Shown: positions 33,231 through 47,100, counted from the stretch's first letter. The stretch is DNA of 64,000 bases from Pavona decussata (GCA_977016875.1 CDRNST010000028.1:1488001-1552000); one strand, 5' to 3'. Numbers and translations: made by a program. Notes: generated by a model not told the origin, from the letters alone.

Positions 33231-36160
33231 AATTGTACAATGGCTTGATAACACGCAATATGCAAGGAACGCAGTTTTCTGACAGCGTCAGTCTCAAGCG
33301 ATAATTTCAATATTTACTGGCAAAGTAGCGGATCAGAAGAAATCAGAAGAAGTGCGAACGTCATCGAAAATGGTAATTTTCACAGTAAAGGCTTCTCTTA
33401 AAATATCTGCTTGTCAAAGCGCCGTTGCAAGAGTACCAGTGGAAGTTAGTGGCCTCCAAGTTGTTTTCTCCTCATACGGTTCACAACCCACCAAAGACTT
33501 CAAACTTTCCAAAGTGGCGTATTTTGTGATGTTTTTCATACTGTATTATCAATTTCTTGGGACAACAGACTAAACAACTAATGCTATAATGCTATGAAAG
33601 CCATTTTGGAATAAGATCAGACTGTATAATACAAAATCAATTGCAAGATGAAAGAGTATAGATTTGTAGAGAGAATTTGCAAATTGATATTAAGATTGAA
33701 AGGATCAAATTGGTCGACTTTCTTAACAAAAATATATCATCAACATTAAAATATGCGATCACTTAATTTTATCAACACTAGAACTAAATCTCAATAGAAC
33801 ATAGTATTTACATTTTATCTTAGCTCGAATCATATTTAATATTCAATAATTAATTGGAATAACTGGTATATTATTATAGATACATATGCTATTATTTATA
33901 GGAACTTATATTATTTCGTCTCCATATTCTAGGCTGACTGCTTAACGTCAAATGAAGAAGCTAAATGATATGAAGAAAAATGTTGCGATATATTAAATGA
34001 ACCTCCATTAATCTAAAATGACGTATATGTACATTACCGATGAGAAAGATTTGAAATTGATAAGGTATACGTTTCCAGAGTCAAACCAAAGGTTTGAATC
34101 AATTAAAGCTGAAATATCCTGCGATCATTCATACCAAAGCTACTGGCTGTTTTTTTTTCTGTGGTGCGGTATGAATTATTGACCAGCTCTTAGATGACAT
34201 TCTAAAATGTCGTCCTTCCTTTCCTTATCAACAGGTTCAAGTCGAGAGAAAACCAAGTGTTCTTGAGTGCCAAAGTACTGATGCTGTACAACTCCCCCTT
34301 TCAAATTAACCAACAAGCTTTAAGCCAGCCAAAATTCATGAAAAGAGTACAAAAATACTTTAACATATCGAAGGCAAAAGTACTGCTATGAAAGTAAAAG
34401 ACTAAGGAGGATTCACTTGATGACCCCTAATAGACTTTTATTCTCTGCAGCCTCTTTATTTATCTTGTAATTACTGACACTAGTGAACCTTTTAGTTTCT
34501 TCCTTGTAAGTTTGATACCTTCTTAGTTAGATCAAAGCTGAAATTTATCAACAATGTCTTCCTCAAGAACTTCGTGCTTCACCAACTGACTCAGAACTAT
34601 CATGCTTTACCGGCGACTTACGATATCACTACAGGGTTCTTAGTAACATCTACAAGCTGCATCTACAGCTCTTCATGCGTCACGATCTGTGTTCACCGTA
34701 AAATCGTGCAAATAACGTGATTGTGACAAAAATCAATGTGTCAAGCTTGGGATTAACAAGGTTGAACAAGAAGCAAAGCCTTTTTATGTTATATTGCTTA
34801 CTGCGATTGACCTGTTTCTCCACTAAGTGAAACCTTAAAACCAACGTTGAGTAAATCATGTAATGTGTAGTTTGTGAAGTTTAAGTACACACCGCAGCCA
34901 CTAACGAAACCAGGGACATCTAGGGCATTGAATAACACTTCCCTGCTGTATATTTTTAAAGTGAAACTTAAGTAGGCATTTTCATTCGCTCATACTTTGA
35001 TTTTTTTTAGGGGTTAAGAGGAAACAATCAGTCTTTTTTTGAAAAAAACCTGTTTTAGGAAAATCATAAGACTGTAATAATACTTGGCTCAAATCCGGAA
35101 AACGGCAGCGTCGAAGAGTCCAGCTTAAAAGAATTCTGTGACGAGTCTATTCAAGTCGAATGAAAACGAATACCGAACACTTGAGAAACAATAACTTCTA
35201 ATAAAAGCTTGTTTCCACGCTAGCCCACCTAGACACAGGATTTAAACGCTTCAAGTATTGATAGCAACTATTAACTTTCTTCTAGTTACTACCTTAGTAT
35301 GCAATATAGCAAGCAATACGTTCTGTTAACAAGCGTTTTGACTGTGAATGTGGTTTGAAGGCTTAACTATACCAAACATAACAGAGTTATGAAACGGCAT
35401 TTTTCTGTGGTGATATTTGTTGTGTTATATAAGATTCAGTATGCAGTAATGTTTGAACCATTAAAGAAACCCTTAAGTGTGACCATTAAAAAAAAAAGCT
35501 ATTGAGCTGTACCTACACGCAATGCTCCTTACTGCATTACACGAGGTTTTGCTCCTAAACTTTGACTCTATGCCAGATGGCAGCTTTAACTGTTACTATT
35601 CATATGAAAACTAGCGGTATTTTCTTGTTGTACTATTCTCGTTTTAAAGCTTTTCAAGTTCAATGGATGTTCTGAAACTAAATTAAGCGGTAAAGGGGTA
35701 GCCTGAACATTTTCAGTATTCGTGCAGCAAGACCGAGAAAGCTGCGTTTTTGTGGTTCAAAAAATGCGGGCGAGCCATGCGAAATTGAATCCTACCTCAC
35801 ATAACGATCTTTTTTCATAAAACCCTAAAAGGTTTTAACTCCTAATGCACAATAAAAACAGGTTATGTTTCGTGGTCGTGCACCTCTTAGCGGATTCTAG
35901 GAATAAGTCTAGGCCACTGATCCCTAAATGCGTTTCGCAGGAAGTGATACATTCATTGGTAATTTCCAACTTAGACAGTTATTTATTTTCAAGTTACCTG
36001 ATAAAATATGGATTATCGTCAAAGTACTTTACATGCAGAATAAGCTATTTAACCCAGCTAATTGGTTTTACCAGCGCAAAAACCAGATATTAACACAGTT
36101 TCCCTACATTTCTTATAAAGACTTTTGCTTTCTACTACATAATCTAAGCCAACCCACTTT

Positions 36161-36514
36161 TTATCTAGGTGCCATGGGATGCATATGCGCATGCTCCAAG
36201 GGCATGTACGACCCACCGTTTGGACTTGAGCAATAATAGGGTGGGGGAGGGGGTGGAGGCATGAATGAAGGGTTGGCGCTGGTCATTGCCATTGAGTTGT
36301 TTATCACGGCTGCGTGCGATGGGTACGTAGGCATGGGCCGAACGGATTCATGGGCAGGGCTCCAGATATTTCCGCTACAACTTGCATATCTGCATGGAGA
36401 AGGTACTGCTTGGGAGCTCTCTTTGGTGCTGGTTGGTGTTTTAGGCTTGGGTTTGGGTTTGGGTTCTCCCTTGCTTTGTTGCCTTACTTTGGCGCGTCGG
36501 TTCTTAAACCACAC
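36161..36514 (-). CDS. otx: Otx-1 coding exon 3 (VWFKNRRAK..., WSP motif, Pro-rich tail, TAA stop)
   Basis: atttcaacag|GTG TGG acceptor; equals ORF 36161..36514; contains GNIWSPA. Confidence 0.97.
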   Translation of the reverse strand: MWFKNRRAKVRQQSKGEPKPKPKPKTPTSTKESSQAVPSPCRYASCSGNIWSPAHESVRPMPTYPSHAAVINNSMAMTSANPSFMPPPPPPPYYCSSPNGGSYMPLEHAHMHPMAPR

Positions 36515-39500
36515 CTGTTGAAATTAAAATAAACAAAGAAAAATTCGTTTGAATATTGAAACGGCGCCTGCAAACAAGAGGAATGCGCATTGTTGTCTCT
36601 AGCGATGTTTATTTTGTATCTGATGGCATTTAATATGTACTGAGTAGCAATAGCGTCTTGGAAAAGATAAGACGGGAAAAACAATAATAAAATCTCGATT
36701 AGAAGCTTTAAGTATAAAAGTTACCCCAACTAGTCAATAAAATAAACTGAACAGGCTAGAAGTAGTGTGTTTGTGGTTTTCGCTTTATTACTGGGCGATG
36801 TTTTGACAGTTTGGGTGAGCGTGACTTTTGGAAACGGGTGATAAGTAGTTTTCTCTGGAACGTTTCAATTTTCTTTAAATACACTATATGACTGCGGCAT
36901 GCGAGGGTACTGAAGCACGCAAAACTGAGGTCAAGAGAAACCTCCAGACACCTTCTCAACCATGGCTATACACGCAATCATTAAAAACATCCGTGTAAGA
37001 TACAAAGGCACATTTTTCTTAGACTAAATCAAACACATGTGATACTATACGAATATTGGAGCTTTTTTCAATACTTTGAAAGGCTCAAATAGAAAACTTT
37101 AACCTTGAAGTAATTACGTGAGAATAGATGAATTGTTTGAGGGCGTGAAATCTCTGTCACTACAACTTTGTGTACGTACACAAACCAGACCCCCTCACAC
37201 GGCTCAGCTAAATGCTCGGAAGTTGAAATATTTTAATTTAATTAAAAATTGCACCTGATGCAGAACTGAGATCAACTTAAAAAGAATGTTTTCTCATCTA
37301 AAATTGAAAGTTTGGAGCCAAAACTAAGGCGGTTTTCAGTTTCCAACTCCACGATCATTCTTTTTGTCTTCAAACTTACGAAATAAACTTTGCGGAGACA
37401 TCAAAGTAGTATGTTTTCTTCCCTGGTTTGGTTTTGTAGAATCACCCTTCGACAAACACTCTGTTGCTAAATCCTTTTTTCGTTTACAAAATTTATTTAA
37501 AAACTCTTTCTCTTGGATCAAATACGAAACAGACTATTGATATAAGCCGTTTTTTAATTCAATCTCTCTGTCCTATTATAAATAAGGTGATTTTTGGATC
37601 AGATACTTTGAGTGTTCAAAGCATCATTTTTTGTTGGGTTTGTCCTTTTTCCGACCAATCTGCAGTCCCTCAACGAGACGATTTGAACTCTCTTTTTCAC
37701 ATCTACTCTCCTCTTTAATTTTAACAAACGCAGCGACTTCATGGGAATTCCAGAGGAATAATACACAAGTTGTCTTGAGATAATTTCCACTTGGCAAACG
37801 CTGGAAACAAACAGCTACACAGGGAAGACATCCTTAGGCAAAGTTTGGGATTTTACTATTTCTTATTTAACCGGCATGGACTGAGACACAACGCTCAATT
37901 AAACGTGATATATGGTGGGAAAAAATGTTCGTGTTAAGTTGCCAATTCCGTTTGCGGTGAAGTTAGAGTTTTTCGCTCCTTTTCTAAGTAAAAAATCACG
38001 TATACAAAATGCGGCGTCTCTTTCAAAAGAAACGTCTATTGTTGATTCTAGTTCCGCAACGAGACAGGAATTGTCAATTGTCGCTAAGTCCACTTTGGAA
38101 ACCACCAGACAACGTGAAACTATGTCTCTGTGTAATCCTGATGTAACAGGAAAAAGTTTGCCGTGTTTAAAACAGAGTTATTATCGCAGCTTACAATTCA
38201 GTTAAAGAAGCAAAACAGAACACTACATCCAAGGAAAGAGTTCTTCGTTTGTCCTTCATCAAAGGCCATGAAACTCAGTTGGTTTGACCACTACTTTGTG
38301 CGTCGTTATTTTTTTAGAGTGGAATTCGTAAAAAAAATTATTTGGAATTTTCGCTCTCTTCTTCTTTTAAGCCTGGTGGTTTGCTTTCGTCATCTGGCTG
38401 GAGATGAAATCTTAAAGGTTGTCTACATGCACAATGGAAACCGTTCATGAGTGCATTTTTGTGCTGTTGTTCATTATGCTCTTCAAAACACTCCTCTCTT
38501 CCAAGCTTACGGGTAACATTCTAAAGCATAGACATTTTAACAAAAAGTACTTTAAAATACTTCAATGTATTGTTCTTCTTTTTTCAAATTCTTCAGTAGA
38601 CATTATTTCAAACTTGTTTAAGAGATTGTTTGGCTCTTAAAGAGTAACAAGGTATGAGGAGGGCGAAGACAAAGTGAAACCATTTATCACAAGGATGTTT
38701 CTAGTCATTGCTACTGCTTTGCCAGGAAGGATGGCTAACAGAAAGAAAGGCATTATAAGAGGAAATAGTTTTGGACTTGTGACGTAGAAATTTCGTGTAA
38801 TTATTTAGGAGTGTACGTGTTTACCGGCGCGCCAGACACACCTCAGTCACCCTCCAACCTGTACATCATCATTGCGCCCACAAGACGACAAACTTTGATC
38901 TCTATCTTCTATCATTAAACTAAAACTGAGTAGAAAATACGACAACTTTACGAATTCGGTGGTAGCTTATCTTAAATTATTCCGACGTGCTAATATTATA
39001 ACTGTAGCATGTTCCTGACTAGACGATATCACACCACACAGCACGCTAGTATAAGTTTGTTTCGTCCATAAACTGGCGACAGAGCTACATTGGACGTCTC
39101 TAAATAGGAACTCTCTCTCGCCACAGAAAAAAACATAAAACAAAATAATATTTAAATTACCTGTACTCTGGATTCGGGCAAATTAATTTTCATGGCAACT
39201 TCTTCTCTCATAAATATGTCAGGATACTTGGTCTTCGAGAAGAGCTCTTCCAAGATTTCGAGTTGTGCTTTGGTAAACGTGGTACGCTCTCTCCTCTGTT
39301 TTCGTGGATAGCCTAGAAAATATAATGCTTTGTTTAACCAAAAGAATGTATCCAATTCATGAGTATAAAGCAATTTCATCCTGCTACTGAACGCAATTAA
39401 GTCTACATTAAATAAACCAATTACAGTTAAGTTAAAGGAACTGTGAAATGGTTGCACGCACTTTCTCCTGATAACGTTGTTCTCATAAATTTGATCATCA

Positions 39501-40607
39501 TTATAAAGCTACAAAAAGATCTTGTCATGGAAAACTGAACAAACAATATTCAGTTTGGTGGTTAGTTGTTTAATAGCAAACAATACGTCTCCCTCAATTT
39601 AAAAAAGTAATTACATCAAAGGAATGCAGTTAGTACGCCAAATTAAACACACAAATATTTGAACAAACGTTTCTTTAAATAACACGGACATACTGATTTT
39701 TTTCAAATTAGTATGGCCAATAAAGAACTAAAATGACCCTTAAAAGTTTTCTAAGTTGAGCTCTCTCAGAATTAAACAGTTTTAAAGAAGGTTTGAACAC
39801 AATTTTGTAGTCTTCCCGGTTGAACTACAAAGACCACTTTAAAATCAATTTTATCAAAGCCACTAGCGATTAGGTTATCTTTATGCGGTCTTTAAAGAAC
39901 GGCTTTCTTAGCCGCAAATAAGTTTGAATGTTTTCTACGGGAAGTATATTTCTCTTTGATTAAACGAGATTCGTTTTTCAAAAAATCTATATTTCGAAAA
40001 TCGGCCTAACTTAAGAGTTTTGTCGCCCGCAAATCCTACATGGACAACAAAGGACTTCCATCTTGAATCTGAACAATTCGTGGCAATCTATATTGAAAGA
40101 TTCCAAATGGTTAAGGGGATAGATTCGAAACATATGCTAACCAAAATGGCATAGTGATAATTAGTTGAGCGAAACCGCTATGTTTACAAGGTATTTCATA
40201 GGTCCCAGTGGAAATTCTCAAATAGGCTTTGTCGAAAATCACTCATCTAAATACCTTTCACAAATTCTAAAGCCCCAAATCTGGGAGGTCCCTTTTAACT
40301 ACAGGCAGAACTATAAAATCAAGAACAATAACTCTCGAAGAGCATTTAACGAGGTTTCACAGTGGACAAACAAACTTCCTTTTTCTATTCTTCTGGTTAC
40401 CGTGACCACTCTTTACTTGTCATTGCATAAGTTTGTTAATAGAGTGCCGACTCAAATGTGCATTGTCCGCCATTAGCATCTAAAAATAAAAACTGATGAC
40501 TTACCGTAAGGCGGAGCAACCATTGGGGAGAACATATCGGCGGTTCTTGGAGGCATGTTCAGTCCGTTTACCGGGTACGGTGGATAATGATTCAGAAAGC
40601 CCGCCAT
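36161..40607 (-). CDS. otx: Otx homeobox transcription factor, paralog 1 (gene span; CDS join 40505..40607, 39161..39312, 36161..36514; 202 aa)
   Basis: Spliced translation [98 protein letters not shown]...GNIWSPA...PMAPR*. It has a K50 PRD-class homeodomain, an Otx N-terminal PPYxVNGL motif, the WSP motif and canonical GT-AG introns (phase 1, then phase 0 between homeodomain codons 46/47). Cnidarian A/B/C orthology cannot be assigned by eye. Confidence 0.96.
39161..39312 (-). CDS. otx: Otx-1 coding exon 2 (152 nt, homeodomain residues 1-46)
   Basis: ttttctag|GC acceptor and CAG|GTAATT donor; lies within ORF 39152..39457. Confidence 0.97.
40505..40607 (-). CDS. otx: Otx-1 coding exon 1 (103 nt, 34 codons + 1 nt)
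   Basis: aaaATGGCG start at 40607; encodes [34 protein letters not shown]; ends in the consensus donor G|GTAAGT. Too short for the ORF track. Confidence 0.92.
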
Positions 40608-40659
40608 TTTGGATTCTTGGTGAATGGTAGAGAGCGAGTTGTGTGCCGCGTGCTATGAA

Positions 40660-40915
40660 GGCAAATGAAAACACTATGAAATGAGCACTTTGCGGCTTAG
40701 TCTCGCGACCTTCTTTACTGGCTTGCCCCTTAAGGCCCCCCTGCAGATTGTAGCTGTCAAGTTATTAACACAAAAGACGGGACAGCAAATCCGCTTGATA
40801 AAGGACTCTTCCTGAAATTCAACGTAATAAAAACAAGCGTGCGATGCTGCTACACCCAGCCGGATTATACTCGCCTAGGTCATGAGATCTCATGAGAGCT
40901 ATGCAGGATTAGATG
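40660..40915 (-). promoter_or_regulatory. Candidate proximal promoter of Otx-1
   Basis: Two Inr-like TCATTT on the minus strand (40684-40679, 40668-40663), K50 sites TAAGCC (40694-40699) and TAATCC (40862-40867, 40906-40911), and a 16-bp palindrome at 40880-40895. Confidence 0.45.
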
Positions 40916-42094
40916 GTCCAGTATTTGACATGAACATGCGTTGTCCAACACGCTTTTATTTGCCGTAAATAAATCTAAAGTTGAATCGTTATTACTCTTT
41001 TTCTAATTTAGAACAATGTGGGAGGTCAAAATGACTGCAATGGTGACCCAAAAGGAAGCCGCGTGGTGTAGAAAATCAAATATTAGGTTTTGTTTAAACT
41101 TGTCGCGATGTTCATGTGATGTCATAAGAATTGAAACCATGTTTGTTTCCCCGCGAGGATAGTTTCATTTGAATTCTCCTAACTAACGGAAACACCCCAA
41201 CAAAAATTATCTATAACATTTCCTTTCCATTAACAAAGATCGAAATCCTTTTAAAGGATTCCGATTATCTTACGAAGGAATCCGGTTTACTAAGAAACTG
41301 ACTAAAACGTTCACTCATTTTTTGAAATGGGCGGAAGTTCACTTGATGAAATACTTTCTTTGTAAAATCAGTGATTCGTTTAAGGAGTGAAGTTCTGTTA
41401 GTTATGATGCAGGGAGATAAGAAAAAGTAACCATAAAAGGAATTTTTCCTTTTTTGTCATTTAATTAACTGCACCAGAAGGGGCAAGTTTGTATTCATAA
41501 GTGAACGTGCTTTTTCCCTAAGGAAGTCATTGTTTTTTTGAAAGGAAAACGAAGTAAACAACAAAAAAACACCAAACCGCAATAACCCCTCAGTGAACAA
41601 TCAACTGTCAAAGACCTGTGGGGACCAACCTAAAGAAACCTGCTATTTCACGCCATACCCAAACGCGTTTTATACTTTTTTATATAATTTTATAAGGCAG
41701 CAATTAAAAAATTATGATACTCTTCTAAAGTCTAGTCAACGGGCTGTTGACAAATCCTGTCATTGCCAAGCAACAATTTTGAGGCACATCTCTTTTAAAG
41801 CAACTACAACATTGATAAAACCTTGCATTTTTGGAAGCCCATCTAAAGGTTCTCAACTCTACGAACGGAGGGAAAGAAAGATGGCCTCCAGGGTTAAAAA
41901 TTTGTGAAACGTTTTCAAAGGTATTGAGGTGTTAAGGAGCGAGGGATTTTTGGTAAAGACTGAGGGATTCTTGAGGATTTCCGCTGAAAGTGTAGTCAGT
42001 TCTTTCTCAAAATAATTGATATCCTAGTTTTGAATTAATGTCCTTTTGTTATTCAAAAATTAACAATGATGACCAAAATGTACTGAATGTCTTG

Positions 42095-42150
42095 GTACAA
42101 TTCAGTACATTGTTAGAGAGAAGTACAATTCAGTACATTGTTAGAGAGAA
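42095..42150. repeat. Perfect 28-bp tandem duplication
   Basis: gtacaattcagtacattgttagagagaa occurs twice (42095-42122, 42123-42150). Confidence 0.95.
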
Positions 42151-44044
42151 GGCGGAAATCACCAACCGGGGATTTTGAGAATATCTTCAGAATTTACTAC
42201 AAAGGACGTGTATTGTTGCATGGTCATTAAGGAGAATTATCATAATTTCAAGATGGAGGCTGAAATAGGGTAAAACCCATTCCATTCTAATCGTTACCAA
42301 GTAAAAATCTAGAGAAAAGGCGGACAATGTTGTTCTGTGAGATACTGAGAAAAAGACTCAACACAGGAAAGATCTGAATTTTAGGATTTCAACCTATGAC
42401 TTAAAAATTATTCAATGAAGTAACGACTGACTATAAAAGTCATCATTGTTTTTTTTTTATCTCCAATCGCAAAGTATTGGGCTGACTCGAATTGAGGAGA
42501 TCAACTTTTGTTACACAAGTGAATACTGATAAACTGTTAAAATTTGCAGTAAATATAACCAATCATTTTGAAATGCAAATTTTAAACTGAATTTTCAACA
42601 TTAAGGAAACCCAGTTTCTTATTTGAGGGAAAGCTAGAGTGATAACAAAGAAGTACTGAGATAAAAGTTGCCAATTGTAAGCCCGTGATCTGATGTAGTC
42701 AATGGCTTAGCAAAAGCTTTAGGCCAAAAATATCAAATCTACGAAAACTTGATCACAGAAGGTGACACAAGAAACCGCGAAATTGAGTGGAGAAATATAA
42801 ATCTTATCTTGGAATCCTGGCTTATAAAATAAAACACCTTTCTCTTAATTCTGTCAACATACGAGTGCTGGTAATGGCAGATCTTCACAGAGAACACGTC
42901 ATTTGTTAAGTGAACTTAAAAGAATGGAAGCGTAACGCACAGTTCCAAAACCCCCGCTAGAACTGAACACGTGTGAGGACAGAGCTAGTTTACAAGATTA
43001 ATTAATCCGCAGAACTCCTTGCTGAAATGAAATGAGGATGTTAGCCTTGGATATGAATCCGCGCTCTGACCCGAGAAAGTAATAAAACAGACCTTGTTAT
43101 CGCTAAGCCAGAGCATCTTACTTTTATCGTTAATTACGAAGGGAAACCGCAGAACCGGCAACACACCGAAAGATCGCAATCGATCGCCTTGTTTTGGGAT
43201 GATTGAGTCCTACATCAATTAAACCCTGAGAGCTACCTTAAAACGTTCACTACTATACTTACCAGTTCAAAGGCTTGCGTTTGTTTGTTAAAGAAAGAGT
43301 TGAGAACATATTTGGAGAAGTAAGAGCTTGGAATAGGAAATAACCCATTTTGGTTCTCGCACACCGAAGAGGACATTTTTAAGCACTATTTCTTTTGTCC
43401 AGACTCGTTCGCCAGTTATTAAGCACTGGGTTTCTTGACTTGAGACACATATCGAGATTCTTTATGGACGTTAAGTTCAACGAATAGCCTCCTTTAATTT
43501 AATTTTCTAAAGAATAGGACGGATGTCCCATGGATTCGTATCCACTAATCCAATGACAGAGTTGAGTTTACTGAAGGCTTAAGTCAAATTGTTTTACGAA
43601 TGTATTGCGTGAAATGACACATTAAGAACAAGGCGGCCTTGCTAAAAGCTTAATTTTGAAAGACAAATGCACTGACGAAACAGTACTCCATTTGTTCTTC
43701 GTACGTGGTAGCATTTGTGTCAGAAAACAATGACCACCAAAAGAAATCAGAGATAAGTCAACTTTTATTACGTCACGCCAGGAGGACGGAATCATTTCGA
43801 TCCCGAATTCAAAAGATTTTCAATTAGAACCAAAGGTTCACTAATTACCGAATTAATTTTAAGACTGTTAGGTTTGGCTTTGCTTATAAGCTATTGGCAA
43901 AGCGGGAGGATTGTAATATGCCACCCTTGGTAAACAAACTGAGTTGAACCCTTTCTTTTCTAAAGGCAGTCAATATTGAGGCAAGTCAAAATATACGAAA
44001 TTTCAGTTTGCAAGATATTAAGAAACCATCAACACTAAATCCAA

Positions 44045-44150
44045 GTACTGCCCAGTAGCTTTCATTTGAATGTTCACACTTTAGGATTTTATCCACAGAC
44101 TCAAAAGTTAGAAGAATCTTACTAAGCATAATAAAAAGTACTACGGAAAA
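44045..44150 (-). repeat. One ~104-bp unit of an abundant coral satellite-like repeat; more degenerate copies at ~21000, 22830, 25120, 34110, 35390-35660, 38400, 42320 and 62080
   Basis: Minus strand ttctaacttttgagtctgtggataaaatcctaaagtgtgaacattcaaatgaaagctactgggcagtact; recurring fragments such as gtgtgaccatt..aaagctattgagc elsewhere in the window. Confidence 0.65.
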
Positions 44151-47100
44151 GTTAGAAAGTCGGTTAAAAACATACTTTGGAGGTCTGTTCCCTAAACTAA
44201 ATGACACCTAAGGGAAAACCGAATTCTCGATTTTTTTTTTGGCTGTAAAATTATTAAACTCGTTTTCTTTATCCAGCTCATTTATTCTTAGTAAGATACT
44301 TCATATTTTCAAATGTTAGTGAACACTTACTGACACTTTGTCGGTTTCTCCTATCTTCGTTCAACACACTGTGGTGTAGGAATTTATAACGTTCTTTGGC
44401 TCGTGACTTTTGCAAGTCAGTTTACCGTAACTTCTTGGCTTTAAACCTCATGGTTTCTTGTTTCCTTTGACAAAGCTTACAATAAACCAGTCGCCTTTCG
44501 AATCACCCTTTCTTGATTCAGTAATCTTTTGTTAACCAATTAAAGAGAACGATCCTTTGCCAAAGCCATCTTTAGAACGCATTCAGAGTTTTGCTCGTTT
44601 TGATCACGTTTCTCTAACTCTGTTAAAATGCCGTGAAAACACCTTATATTATTTTAGGAAAAATAGAAAAAATGAATGGTTTAACCGGAATATGAAACAC
44701 ATCAGTTTTGCGCTTAATTTAAACAGGAAAGAGCCACTCGTACTTTGCTGCAGAAACAACAATTATGTACTTTTTAAATCCGGCTTTTCAAGCATTAATT
44801 TTGTACTTCAGTTTTTTTCATTAAACAGTGAATGGTAAGATCGATAATTCTGTGCTCTTAAGAGCAATACAATATTTTTTTCAGAAAATTAAAATCAGGG
44901 GTGCAATTGATGGAGTTTGTTCCGAGGTGAAGCCTTTTCTTTATATTTTTAGAATTGCCAACGAATAAAACAGGACACTAAACGTCTTGCTTGGCTTAAT
45001 GTCATTTCAGGTAACGTTAAATAAAAGAGTGTTGAACAATTGTCAAGCTCTTTGCAGTTATAGAAAGTGCACTTCTACTATGCACTTGAAGGCTTTTCAA
45101 GCATATCGATGGATTCGGGATGCTTGGTCCTTCTCCCTAGAGTTTCCGGATTAATTCCTACTTATGGTATTTTTTTTATTCAAGTTTATACGCAAAACAG
45201 AAAGAAAAATAAGAGAAATTTCTCGGTGAAGCTCAACTCAATTGGTGACAGACTAAAAGAAAACACAGTTTTCATTGATTGTCTAAGCTTCCTCTCCTGG
45301 TCTGTGGGAAACTTTTTTTGGAACTACACACGACCCCCGCGTGCAAATCAAACATTAATCAAGATAACCTACCCTCCCGCCGTGTCTACTGTTCAGTTAT
45401 GGAACGATTCCATCACTTGAGCAATTATTTTCTTTGCTACTGAAAGTATTTCTAAGATCACACATTTAGTGGTTGTTCAAACGACCTAGAAATGTCGCTT
45501 TAAAAGAGGTATTTCTAAGATTACGTATATATAATGCATACAGTTCATGTTCGTGATTTTAAATAGCCTTGTATAAACAACACTCACTGTCGTTTCCTTT
45601 TTGCCTCGTTAGGGAAGGGCCGGGTCAAACTAATAAATCGGCTTTATGAAGCCCTTTGCGTTATTCAAATGAAACTTTCAAGGTCGATGGTGTTCTCCTT
45701 AGCCCTTATTTTTGTTACAATCGTGCTCCTTTAGTAGGATAAATGTGCTTTGAAATTATCTTGATCTTAACACTGTTTATCTCAAAACCGAGATGATGCG
45801 AAGGTAAACACCTATGAAATCATACGTCAACACGAGAACGTGTTCACAGTCAAACAGAAAACTGTAAAAGCACACAAGACGAACGTAAATATATATCTCG
45901 GGAGAAACTGAGTCATCGAAGGTAAAAAATGATGGCTCTTCTCAGTGACAATTCTTGTGAAATAGTTCTGTGATGCAGGTCTGCTGTAGGTCACCTTCCT
46001 CAGTCGTCTCTACTAATCACCAAGGCATGTCTGCGAAAAACCGCGATCACGATGATCGACCCATCTGTGTGGGAAAATAGACTCTACAGGAAACAATAGA
46101 CCCTCTGCGGTTTGAATTTGAGAAATATTTCTAGGTTGAAATAGAAAAAGTATTTTGACATGTCAGTAATCACTCTGGCGTGCAGAAAGGTGGGTACAAG
46201 CCCTTTGAGGGATTTCATGGATTCTTATTATCGGAGTAATTGGTTTTTGAAAGCGTTTGGCGATCGTCCTTTCACGTAGAAGGATTATTTTTACTCTATC
46301 CTATTATTAAAGGGCCTTAAGGAAAAGCTCAGCCCAGAACACGACAGCTTATATCTGGAAGGTCGCCTTATCGCTGGCTGTACTCTGTGATTTTGCAATC
46401 GATTCAAAAAAGGCAAATCACGACAAATAAAGAGTTATTGTTTTGCTTTTTCTTCGATAGCTTCTGGGCGGCGTTTAACACAGCATGTTGCTTTATTGAA
46501 GGAAACGTCGTGACCTAAACTTTCGTTAATTTGTCCAGAATTCCGTGCTCGTTTAGGCGAGGAAAGTTGTCCCTCCCACAAGCTGATAAGCGAACAGGTA
46601 AGATGCGATTTAACTGAAAAAGACGCTCAGTGATAAATCTCGATAGAAAAGTGATTAGCGCGTTCAAGGTGAGGAAGTGATTGCGCTTCAATTCCGTTTA
46701 TCAATGGCCGTGTCATTACTGACTCAATAGCGTCTCAAGAGAACCCACACCTCTGAGTCGCGGAGGAATCTCGGGTTAACATAATTCTGTCTCTAAAAGC
46801 AGCACATTGAAACTACGATGTTTTTCGAGTGAGGAGTATCAACAAATGCCGCCTAACCAGGGTTTGCTTTGAGTCAAATGAGTGATAGAGAATGCTCTGA
46901 TTAATTTCAGTGACAGCCTACGAAGCGCTTTCGTGTTCAATGTTGATGTTCTAAAGGCTTCCACTGGATTTAGCGGCTTATTCCATCCCAGTCTAATGCA
47001 ATAATGAAAGATAGTTAAGAATGCGTTACAATGAGAGCTGGTCTGGTGTAGCCGATATCATTGTGAAACTGACAAAACTCAACTCAAAAATATTCGACGT

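Noticed and set aside
36261-36532. Plus-strand ORFs over the Otx exons (also 9813..10082)
   Set aside because: They are antisense shadows of real coding exons.
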